Position numbers and translations under genes: made by a program. From NCBI GenBank assembly GCA_051532035.1, contig JAOPTW010000015.1:1-64000 (forward strand): a DNA stretch of 64,000 bases, given 5' to 3'. Of the stretch, positions 20,120 to 29,800 are shown in pieces. This DNA comes from Fibrobacterales bacterium. GTDB taxonomy: Bacteria; Fibrobacterota; Fibrobacteria; Fibrobacterales; JAOPTW01. The notes under the pieces are model-generated. The model was not told the origin of the DNA, made no database searches, and saw only the letters and a list, made by a program, of their open reading frames with translations. Positions within the stretch are counted from its first letter, which is position 1, and every line of letters begins with the position of its first letter.

Positions 20120-21873
20120 TACTGCCCCCCTTTAGGCTTGGAAAGTATCAAACGTTGCTCCCCACATTCAAGCATAGCACTTCCATAATAAGGGTTTTTC
20201 ACATCGCCACCCTGCTGCAACCATTCAGCTCCGTTATTTTTATTTGCCATTGGACAAAAATAGATTGCAGCCCCATTTCCTGGTTTTAATTTGGTACTCC
20301 GAAGCCACTGTATCAAGGTTGTAGAAAGAGTAAGGAATTCACTCCGTATAATATTTATATCACCAGACTCTGCGGAAGCCTTAAAACTAGCGGCCTTATG
20401 TTTCGCATGTCCATCATTTAATGTTTTTGGTATAGAATGTAATTGTGTGGCAAGGGACAGTATACTCGCCTTCGCATTTTCCACATCATCTGCTACTAGT
20501 GCCTTCTGTAAGGTGATATAGCTCGCAAAATAAGTTTCCAACCACTCCCCCCCTTTCTTATCAAGTACTGCTTTCTTTACCGCACTCTTTTCGTCCTCAC
20601 TTTTGCTCTTTTTTTTCTCCATAGCACTATGATTATGAACGCCTACCGAGGCATCTCCTTGAGGATACATCACCGAAGGAAGTGCTTGAATTTGCATTGC
20701 TGCATCTATTTTAAATGCACCACGCGCGACAACAACATCATTTTCCTGAAGGCCGCTCAGTACTTCATAAAAAGCACCAACATGCCCACCCAATACTACA
20801 ACTTTCCCGGTATAGACCCCCGGCTCTATCTCTATATAGACAACGGCTCTTTCACCCGTTAATAGTGGTGCTGACTCTGGTATCAATAACTTCTCTGTTA
20901 ATCCTTTAACCGAAATATTTCCCCTGACTAACATTCCAGGTTTAAGCATGTTCTTTCTATTTGCGACAGATAATCGCACTTTTACTGCACGATTCATTTT
21001 ATCCAAAACAGGATGAATAAATTCAACAGTAGATTTAAACTCTTCTCCTGATAAACTCTCAGTCTTCAACATCACTTTTTGCCCAATTTTAATCCCGGGT
21101 AAATCTTGTTCAAATACATCGAGTTCTACCCAAAGTGACTGAGTTGAGCCCAATTTCACTAAAGGAGAGCCTATTTTTACATATTGCCCCTCTTCGACAC
21201 TACGGTGAACAACAACACCACTATACTTTGCCCGTTGAATTACCCTTTCTGAGTTAATAGTCGATAAATTTTTGATATCATCATCATCAAGTCCTAAGAG
21301 CTTAAGTTTTTTATGTACCGATTGCTTGAGCCGATCATTATCTGACCCTTTAGATTGACGCCACTCTTCTGCAGCCGCATATAACTCAGGACTATAAATT
21401 TCAGCGATAACCTGCCCTTTTTTAACATACTGCCCAGTATATGAAACATTTAACTTTTCGATTCTCCCTCCAAACCAAGCAGTCTCCGTTTTTAACTTTG
21501 TTTCATTCCATACTAACTCACCTACCAGTTCAAGGATTGAATTTCTTGTTGCCTTTTGAACACGCGTGGTTCTCACACTTGCAAGTTTACGTGAATACTC
21601 AGAAAGCCTGATCTGTGGTACTCCAGTTGCACCTAAATTTTCATTTCTTTCAAGGGGTATTAAATCCATTGCACACAGCGGACACTTCCCCGGTTTGGGC
21701 AATTTTATTTGGGGGTGCATGGAACAGGTCCACACGGTTTCTTCTAAGTGAGTACCAGTATGATCATGTACATCAGTTACAGATGACGAGGTTATTTTAC
21801 CCACAAAAAAAGCAGCAACTACTAATAATGATATGCCGATTATCTTAATTCTCTTTTGAGCAGTATCTCTCAT
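20119..21873 (-). CDS. cusB: CusB-family RND periplasmic adaptor with a heavy-metal-binding domain and a DUF3347-like C-terminus
   Basis: WTCSMHPQI...GKCPLCAMDL; YSPEL; C-terminal YFCPMA...WLQ...NPYYGSAMLECG. Confidence 0.9.
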   Translation of the reverse strand: MRDTAQKRIKIIGISLLVVAAFFVGKITSSSVTDVHDHTGTHLEETVWTCSMHPQIKLPKPGKCPLCAMDLIPLERNENLGATGVPQIRLSEYSRKLASVRTTRVQKATRNSILELVGELVWNETKLKTETAWFGGRIEKLNVSYTGQYVKKGQVIAEIYSPELYAAAEEWRQSKGSDNDRLKQSVHKKLKLLGLDDDDIKNLSTINSERVIQRAKYSGVVVHRSVEEGQYVKIGSPLVKLGSTQSLWVELDVFEQDLPGIKIGQKVMLKTESLSGEEFKSTVEFIHPVLDKMNRAVKVRLSVANRKNMLKPGMLVRGNISVKGLTEKLLIPESAPLLTGERAVVYIEIEPGVYTGKVVVLGGHVGAFYEVLSGLQENDVVVARGAFKIDAAMQIQALPSVMYPQGDASVGVHNHSAMEKKKSKSEDEKSAVKKAVLDKKGGEWLETYFASYITLQKALVADDVENAKASILSLATQLHSIPKTLNDGHAKHKAASFKASAESGDINIIRSEFLTLSTTLIQWLRSTKLKPGNGAAIYFCPMANKNNGAEWLQQGGDVKNPYYGSAMLECGEQRLILSKPKGGQ

Positions 21874-23147
21874 GGTATCTCCTTATTTACCACCATGTAG
21901 GGGTAGTTAAAAGCGGTGGTACTATCACCACCAATCCAAAGTACTTTTGCTTTTGATTGGAATTCAGTTTTAAGTGCTTGATGTATCCGTAGTTGCAGCT
22001 TAAGAAGCATACGATAATCATCAAGGAGTTGCATAAAATCGATATTTCCAACGGCAAATTGATTCTCTTGTACCCGTATTGATTTTTCAATATCCGGCAC
22101 CACTCGATCGGTATACAATGACTGTATTCGTTGAGCCTCAGTAATTAGATTTTGTGTAGTCTGTAACAGAGCATCGAGGGAATTTCTCGTCTCTTGAATT
22201 CTGATAGTGGCTTGTTGAGTTCCAAGCTGAGCTTTTTGAACCCGGGCATTCGTTTGAAGGATATTGAGCGGTAGACTTATGCCAACCGTCAGCATCCAAG
22301 GGTCTTTACCGCTTCCGGCCATACCAACAGCCTCACCAGTTTGTATATAGGTCGCCCCTACCGCCAGATCGGGAAAATAACCACCCTTCGAAAGTTCCTC
22401 CCTCTCTATCCAAATTTCTCGCTGTAGCTGATTTTCTTGTAATTGTGGACTGATACTCAAGGCCGAATCCAAAACCTTATTTCCTGCTAGCTTCGCATAC
22501 ATTGCCAATGAATCACTAAAAGATTCACTCAACATCTTACGATTGAGAAATATTCCAAGTCTCGTATATTGATCTGCTAGTTTGCGCTCAATAGTAAAAA
22601 TATCCTCTTGGAGTACCGTCACTTCCGTCTCCATTTTTATTACTCTACTATAGGAAGTCCGCATAGATTCATAGTCAGAACGTAGTTTTTCCAGCCAATT
22701 TTTATAGAGGGCGTGTGTTTTTTTATTTATTTCTCTCGCTTTGGTAAGATAACATATTTCAGACCAGATTATTCTCACCTGATATACAACGCTCGCTTGC
22801 ATCGCCTGAAGCTCTATCCGCTGCTTATCAACTTCTACTTCAGCAACATCAACCTGATCTTTTAACTTTCCAAGCCATGGAATTTTTTGAGTAATACTAA
22901 ACTTCTGTTCCTGAGGTCCAACCTTAGTTTCAACAGATTCACCATACCACCCATAACCCAAAACTGGATTAGGTAAGCTTCTGGCAATAGAGACATCGGC
23001 ATTGCCCATTGCTATTTTTTGGCGAACAATTTCAATATGTGTCCCCTTACTCAATGCTTCTTCTGTAACGCCTGATAGAGTAGCAGCCCCAAGATTACTA
23101 CTTAACAGCAAAGCAATTGTAACACCCCATTGTAGCAACATATTCAT
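21870..23147 (-). CDS. TolC/CusC-family outer-membrane efflux protein
   Basis: Signal peptide, LPNP..., ITQKIPWLGKL, YFPDL..., GISLPL; first gene of the RND operon. Confidence 0.88.
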   Translation of the reverse strand: MNMLLQWGVTIALLLSSNLGAATLSGVTEEALSKGTHIEIVRQKIAMGNADVSIARSLPNPVLGYGWYGESVETKVGPQEQKFSITQKIPWLGKLKDQVDVAEVEVDKQRIELQAMQASVVYQVRIIWSEICYLTKAREINKKTHALYKNWLEKLRSDYESMRTSYSRVIKMETEVTVLQEDIFTIERKLADQYTRLGIFLNRKMLSESFSDSLAMYAKLAGNKVLDSALSISPQLQENQLQREIWIEREELSKGGYFPDLAVGATYIQTGEAVGMAGSGKDPWMLTVGISLPLNILQTNARVQKAQLGTQQATIRIQETRNSLDALLQTTQNLITEAQRIQSLYTDRVVPDIEKSIRVQENQFAVGNIDFMQLLDDYRMLLKLQLRIHQALKTEFQSKAKVLWIGGDSTTAFNYPYMVVNKEIP

Positions 23148-23460
23148 GATCTATCCTTTCCATTCATATACAGTAATTACATAAACTATATGCCTCAACC
23201 AATGTACATTAATCCTGTGAACATTGAGTACAAGCACGAGGCTCAATAATGACTTATTTTAACATATTGAGATATTACTTACAACACTATGAAGCTTACT
23301 CTCAATAAACAATCGAATCAATCTAAAAGGTAACAGAATTTGAAACAAAGAATGGAAAGGATTGCTCCATTGCATAATATTGAAATGTATTTATAGGATT
23401 AGTTTACTGCCTAACTCTGCCCTACGAATTTTAACTGTAAGTCAAAAGAGCCCTCAAGAG

Positions 23461-23566
23461 TTTTTTCAATTTTAGATATGAAGATATGAGGCATTTAAAA
23501 TGAAGGCGTACATTAGTACGCCAAATCTGAAATAACGAAATAGATTCGTATATACAATTGAAAAAA
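23461..23566. repeat. ~106-nt nested inverted-repeat element (ERIC/MITE-like), copy 1
   Basis: Terminal IR TTTTTTCAATT/AATTGAAAAAA; central GGCGTAC-ATTA-GTACGCC hairpin; colinear with 36696-36793. Confidence 0.6.
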
Positions 23567-23639
23567 TGGAGTTAAGGAGAGTCGAACTCCTGACCCTTTC
23601 GCTGCCAGCGAAATGCTCTACCAACTGAGCTATAACCCC
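23567..23639 (-). tRNA. tRNA-Ala(GGC), CCA not encoded
   Basis: GGGGTTATAGCTCAGTTGGTAGAGCATTTCGCTGGCAGCGAAAGGGTCAGGAGTTCGACTCTCCTTAACTCCA: cloverleaf, anticodon GGC, G3:U70 Ala identity pair. Confidence 0.97.
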
Positions 23640-23770
23640 AATTCGAGTCAAAAGTTAACAATTTAATGACTATTTGCAACTCAAATTATATCTTGAGCAG
23701 ATCTAACTCATTAACTTTTACTGAATAATTTGATGAGTTGCTAGATTTATTGAAAACCTTAGGAGTTGGA

Positions 23771-24673
23771 ATGAGCACAAATGTTGATTTTGAAAAACTA
23801 CTCGCCGCTGGTAAAGCCGATATCTACGATTCACAAATAGGTACTTGGTGGCTTTCACAGTGTTCTGACCAGGATCACCTAAACGCTTATACAAACATTG
23901 TTCAAACATGTGCTCAATACTACCGCAAAAATAACTTACCCGACCCTAAATTTATTGTCGATTATGCCTGTGGCTCTGGTGAGTTAATGATTCTACTCAA
24001 TGAAGTGTTCCCACACTCAACTATCATTGGTGTTGATGGCTCCGACAAATTACTCAATGCATTTGTTGCACGCTCTGACGGCAAAGCATCTATTACTCAA
24101 TCTGAAGACCTTTTTACAGAAGATGGCTCTCAATTTCGTCTTTTTTGCTCAAAGCTCCCTAATTTCGAAATCCCACAAGGGAAAGCTGATCTAGCAATTC
24201 TCTGTTTCCCCAATTTAATTACTGATGATGATAGCTTAGACCTTTTTAATGATAATGGATATGCTGATGCACAAGATAATGATGTTGCTGGAATGCTTGC
24301 GCGATTTAGAGAAATGGACCCTGAAGATGAAGTAGATGCTAACCCTGACAAAGAAGATATTTTTGACGATCTTATGACTGCTCGGGTTTATGCCAATAAC
24401 ATCAGGAAATTTTTAAATGACTCGGGAGTGTTTGTCCAAGTCGACTATGCCAATGCGCCTCGTGAAGAGCTCACAGATCTTGTACAATGGCGATGCCTTT
24501 TTAGTGAATGCGCCTTAGAAAGGCCCATTAAAGATGAAGAATCCACTGTTCTCTTCGGATTTGATGAAAGTTCTTACACAGATTCTCCAGTAATTATGGA
24601 TGTCTTTCATCAGACTGGTGACCCAACCGACAAAGAAGGCGGCTACCACATAAATATCTTTAAGGCTCAATAA
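23771..24673 (+). CDS. Class I SAM-dependent methyltransferase-like protein, very acidic
   Basis: IVDYACGSGE motif I and IIGVDGS motif II; AGGAG precedes the ATG at 23771. Confidence 0.75.
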   Translation: MSTNVDFEKLLAAGKADIYDSQIGTWWLSQCSDQDHLNAYTNIVQTCAQYYRKNNLPDPKFIVDYACGSGELMILLNEVFPHSTIIGVDGSDKLLNAFVARSDGKASITQSEDLFTEDGSQFRLFCSKLPNFEIPQGKADLAILCFPNLITDDDSLDLFNDNGYADAQDNDVAGMLARFREMDPEDEVDANPDKEDIFDDLMTARVYANNIRKFLNDSGVFVQVDYANAPREELTDLVQWRCLFSECALERPIKDEESTVLFGFDESSYTDSPVIMDVFHQTGDPTDKEGGYHINIFKAQ

Positions 24674-25491
24674 TGATTGGAGTCTTTGATTCTGGATATG
24701 GTGGACTCACCATTTTAAAAGAGTTTTTTAAAGAGCTCCCGGATCATGACTTCATCTACCTTGGCGATAACGCTCGAGCCCCCTATGGACCACGTTCATT
24801 TGACTCTATATACACCTACACATTAGAGGCGGTCGAAAAGCTCTTTTCACTCGGGTGCCCCTTAGTTATTGTAGCTTGCAATACTGCATCAGCTAAAGCA
24901 CTTCGAACTATTCAACAAAATGACCTACCACAATTAGCTCCAAATAACAGAGTACTTGGCGTACTGAGACCTACTATCGAAGAGCTCCCCAAGCTTTCAA
25001 AAAATGGGCATATTGGGATTCTGGGCACCCCAGGAACTATCAATTCAAAATCATACCCTCTCGAAATAGAAAAACTCCATAAAAAACTTGTTGTTTCGCA
25101 ACAACCCTGTCCAATGTGGGTACCCCTTGTCGAAAACAACGAACACAAAAGTCAAGGTGCTGACTATTTTATCGAAAAGGACATTAAAAGCCTCCTCGCC
25201 CAAGACTCCAATATCGACACTATTGTACTAGGATGCACACACTTTCCCATGCTCATAGAAAAAATCAAGTCTTACACTCCAGAAGACATTACCATCGTAA
25301 GTCAAGATGCTCTTGTTGCACAAAGCCTCAAAGGTTATCTTATCAGACACCCTGAAATAGAATCTCAATGTTCAAAAAATGGATCACACCAATTTTTTAC
25401 TACTGACTCAATTGAAAACTTTCAGGCCCACGGATGTGACTTTTTAGGTATTCCATTCGAAGCAAGAAAAATCACCATAAATAACAGCTAG
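24673..25491 (+). CDS. murI: Glutamate racemase
   Basis: IGVFDSGYGGLT, GDNARAPYG, VACNTAS, VLGCTHFP. Confidence 0.97.
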   Translation: MIGVFDSGYGGLTILKEFFKELPDHDFIYLGDNARAPYGPRSFDSIYTYTLEAVEKLFSLGCPLVIVACNTASAKALRTIQQNDLPQLAPNNRVLGVLRPTIEELPKLSKNGHIGILGTPGTINSKSYPLEIEKLHKKLVVSQQPCPMWVPLVENNEHKSQGADYFIEKDIKSLLAQDSNIDTIVLGCTHFPMLIEKIKSYTPEDITIVSQDALVAQSLKGYLIRHPEIESQCSKNGSHQFFTTDSIENFQAHGCDFLGIPFEARKITINNS

Positions 25492-25668
25492 CAATAACTC
25501 ATAGATTTTTACAAAAAGTTTACAAAAGCCTTTGAAATCTAGAGAAAATTAATAGCTTTTCACTATCGGCCTCCTTTTCGAAGTGAGGCCCTATTTATAT
25601 GATTTTAGAGAAAAAAGGGTGAAATTCAAGGTTTTTGAATTTTGCCCTTAACATTTAAGGAGCAAATA

Positions 25669-26367
25669 ATGGAAAAACTCCAAATAAATTTGGAAGGGTG
25701 GCAAGATTACCGTGGTAATCATGCCGGAATCCTTCTTTATGTCGATACCAGTAAACAATCGGTGCTTCCTGTTCGAGATCAGCTTAATGAAAACGAAAAG
25801 GGATACCTTACTGAGCCTAATTATGAAACATCAACCTATGGAATGAAAGGCCCCTTTAATACAAAGGCTATTAACTCTATAGTTAAAAATAAGCACCGCT
25901 ATATTCTCTTTGGAACCAAATATCAAGGATTAAATGAAGAGTATACTGATAAATATCTCATAATTGGTTATATGAGAATAGACAAGGTTAAAGACCTTCG
26001 TGCCCGTCACGTCCACGAATATATGCGTAATCCAGATGCTGTCGAACCTGAATGCATAACCCTCGATCGAGCAATGGCTTGTTATTCAGAGGATATAAAA
26101 TTTTTCTCACTTGAGGACTCCCTAGAAGTAACTAAAGAGTTCTTAAAAGAGATGGGATACAAAGGACGTATTACTCGTCAAATGAAATTGCTCCTTGAAG
26201 ATGAAAACCTTGATAGAGTAATAACTCATTTTAGTGATAAAACAGATATATCAGAAGAGTATATTGCTACTGCTCAGGAGTTTGTTGAAGCACTCGAAGA
26301 GGCAGAAGACGAAGACGAGATAGAAGAAGCTACCGTAGAACCCGTAGAAGAAGATGACGATTGGTAG
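25669..26367 (+). CDS. Hypothetical protein with an acidic C-terminal tail
   Basis: AAGGAG RBS before the ATG at 25669; has its own terminator; EPNYETSTYG motif. Confidence 0.8.
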   Translation: MEKLQINLEGWQDYRGNHAGILLYVDTSKQSVLPVRDQLNENEKGYLTEPNYETSTYGMKGPFNTKAINSIVKNKHRYILFGTKYQGLNEEYTDKYLIIGYMRIDKVKDLRARHVHEYMRNPDAVEPECITLDRAMACYSEDIKFFSLEDSLEVTKEFLKEMGYKGRITRQMKLLLEDENLDRVITHFSDKTDISEEYIATAQEFVEALEEAEDEDEIEEATVEPVEEDDDW

Positions 26368-26390
26368 TATTTACTCATTAAGTATTTATG

Positions 26391-26417
26391 AAAAGCAGCC
26401 CTTAGGCTGCTTTTTTT
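26391..26417 (+). terminator. Intrinsic terminator
   Basis: AAAAGCAGCC-CTTA-GGCTGCTTTTTTT. Confidence 0.85.
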
Positions 26418-26835
26418 GTATCCACTCCCATACTTTAGCACTCTATATTCTGAGAGTAGCACATTCTTGACAGCCGCTCTCAACCCTCAAATATTTAAAA
26501 CATTACAAACGCCATCTTCCAAAACAATTCCAAATCTTTTAAAACAGTTAAAAGAAAAGTGTTAATAATCATTAACATACTCTAATACGATTACTTTCTG
26601 TTTGACTTAAATAGTAGAGTACCTAGATTTGTTCCCAGAATGAGAGAGTCATTATATCATTCAAAAAATACATTAGATTCTAAAGCGGACACTAAAGAAT
26701 CTAATGGGGACACAACACATTCTTTTGAGGGCATCATACCAATCATTTAGCGGTAGTTTGTGCTGTCATCATTCCTGAACGTGGAGTGTTTTTGTTAACC
26801 CTATATACAACAAAAACAAACAAAGGAAGGAACAA

Positions 26836-29800
26836 TTGAAAATATTTAGAGGACTTTTTAAAGCCACTTTACTAATACTTTTACTTTCGGTTTTCTCATA
26901 TGCTGAGCTAATTGAAACGGGTCGAACAACTATCCCTGGTTTATCAAACAACCGAAACTTTATAGTATCTAATGGGAATTATACTTATGTTGCTGACAAA
27001 GAAAATGGAATTATTAATGTAATTTCTGTCATTAACAAAAACACTCCCGCACTCGTATCAAGTATTGATGTTGGAAATGTAATTTTTGATATGGATATTC
27101 ACAACGGCATGCTTTATCTTGTCGTTGCAAATTCTGGTGTTCTAATATATGAACCGTTTGGATCATCGATAACTCTAATCCACACACTCCATAAATCGAA
27201 TGTATCCATAAATGCCTTACATATAGCTGGAAACTATTTATACTACAAATCTGGTGCGTATCTCGATATACATTATATTGGAAACGGCAATAAGACTTCC
27301 ATAGAAAACATCCAGCCATCGCCTTCAGTTAGCCCAAATTTTTACTATAGAAATAATTCTACTATCAGATCCTTTACCGTTTCTAAAGATGGACGCTATG
27401 TTTTTATTGCTGACTATAGCAACAGAATAACCTCACTATTAAATACTTTCACTTCTCTTGTACCACGTCAAACCTACTCTTCTACTGCAGACAACATAGA
27501 GACAGATGACAATGGTCAATTTCTATCGACAGTAGAGTACAATGGAGGCTGGAAGCTTTTCACCATTTACTCACTATCCAATGGCTATTTCATGCAAAGA
27601 AAATATCAATCATCTATTGCAAGTGTGGGTACTTCTGTATTTGACAGTCAAAACAATAACCTTTATGTTAATAATCATTACACAAATGGGAAAGGGATTT
27701 TTGAATATTCACTGAGCAACCCTTATTCACCAACTCTTACAGCTCAAGAAACTATTGAAACTACCCAGTTTGGTGGACTTACATTCAACAACAACTATCT
27801 CTATGTAACCACAGCCGCTAATGAATTTATTGTTTACGCAACGGGTGATTATATAGGTCCAACGGTAACTATAAATGCTGCAACACTTCGTCATGGTATT
27901 AGTAATGGCTCTGTTAGCATTACTGCTGACGAGTCACAAACAGGTGGTTCAGCAATTAAAGCTATTTACTATAACGTTGACGGTTCATCTTATGCAGGCT
28001 TAGGATATAATGATGGCGCTATTTCACAAACAATGATTAAAAGTGAAAGTAGAATTCTTTCCTTAGGCAATCACACACTTTGTGCAAAGGCCAATGACTA
28101 CAATAACAATTTCAGCGCCCCTACATGTATAACAGTGACACTTTCAAACAGTGCACCTATAGCTCAAGCAAATCATGATATTCTTTCAGCAATTAATGCT
28201 CAGTGTGAAGCATCAGTTCTTCTTAACGGAAATCAATCATCAGATCCTGAAAACCAATCTCTTAATTACAAGTGGTCTGGTGCCTTTGGAGAACTAACAT
28301 ATAACAGTACCAACATAGCGCTTAACGCAGGCCAGTATAATGCAACCCTTACAGTAACTGACTATTATGGCGCGACGAGTAGCGCCATAACTACAATCAA
28401 TCTTGTAGATGGCATTGCACCTACCATGACTGCACTCCCGTCAGTTCCAGCAGTAGAAGCTACCTCATCAAATGGCGCTGAAGTAACTCTCAGTCTTCCA
28501 ACGGTAGCAGATAACTGTACATCAGGAATCACTGCAACACGTGCTCCAACAGGAAGCCAATTTCCACTTGGAAACACAACAGTGACATACTCAGCAGTTG
28601 ATGCTGCAGGCAACAACGTATCTGCTACTACTACAGTAACAGTACACGATACAAAAGCACCTGTTATCCCTGCTATCGAAAACATCATTAAAGAAGCAAC
28701 TGCAGCGCAAACTCCAGTATCTGTTCTTGCTATTAATGCATCAGACATTGTAGATGGTACGGTTGCTACTACAAATAATGCATCAGCAACTTTCGCTGTA
28801 GGAAGCCATACTGTAACATATTCTGTTACTGACAAAGCGAGCAACACTGCATCAAAAGAGATCGTAGTAACTATTACTGATAAAACTGCTCCGGTAATTA
28901 CTGGTACATCTGATGTTTCAAGTAATGCATCTGCAGCGCAAACAGTCGTTATTCTTCCTGCTGTAACGGCATCTGACCTTGTTGACGGAACAGTTATTGT
29001 TACTAACAATGCACCAGCAACATTCTCTGTGGGAACTACAATTGTTACATACTCTACTACTGACGCTGCTGGAAACACTGCGACGGCAACTCTTACTGTT
29101 ACAGTGACTGACAAGACTGCGCCAGTTATTTCTGGAAATGCTGACGTTTCTGTTGATGCGGACCTTGAGCAAACTACTGTTTCCCTGCCTACTGTTACTG
29201 CACTGGATAACGTTGATGGAGCAGTTATTGTTTCAAACGACGCTCCTGTAACTTTCACTGTTGGGACTACAATTATTACATACTCTGCAACTGACCATGC
29301 TGGAAACACTGCTACAGTAACTCTTGCTGTCACTGTGACTGATAAGACTGCACCTGTTATTTCTGGGAATGCTGACGTTTCTGTTGATGCGGACCTTGAG
29401 CTAACTACTGTTACCCTACCTACTGTTACTGCACTGGATAACGTTGATGGAGCAGTTATTGTTTCAAACGACGCTCCTGTAACTTTCACTGTTGGGACTA
29501 CAATTGTTACATACTCTGCAACTGACGCTGCTCGAAATACTACTACAGCAACTCTCACTGTTACCGTAACTGACGTAACTGCACCGGTAATTAACGCTCT
29601 CGAAAGCATAACTCTTGAAGCGACTGGTCCTGAAACATCTGTTGAAATGCTTGTAGTTACCGCAAAAGATAATGTTGATGGTTCAATTGTAACCTCTAAC
29701 AATGCTCCTAACGTTTTCACGCTCGGATCACACATAGTCACATTCAGTGCAATTGATGCTGCAGGAAACATTTCTGAAGCGACAATGACTGTTACTATCA

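Noticed and set aside
15525..23639. Intact integrative element at tRNA-Ala
   Set aside because: No integrase, and no duplicated tRNA 3' end (TGGAGTTAAGGAGA) found by eye near the far boundary.
26671..26720. Canonical c-di-GMP-II riboswitch
   Set aside because: Only the loop is similar; the conserved 3' GUAGUGCAACCG segment is missing.
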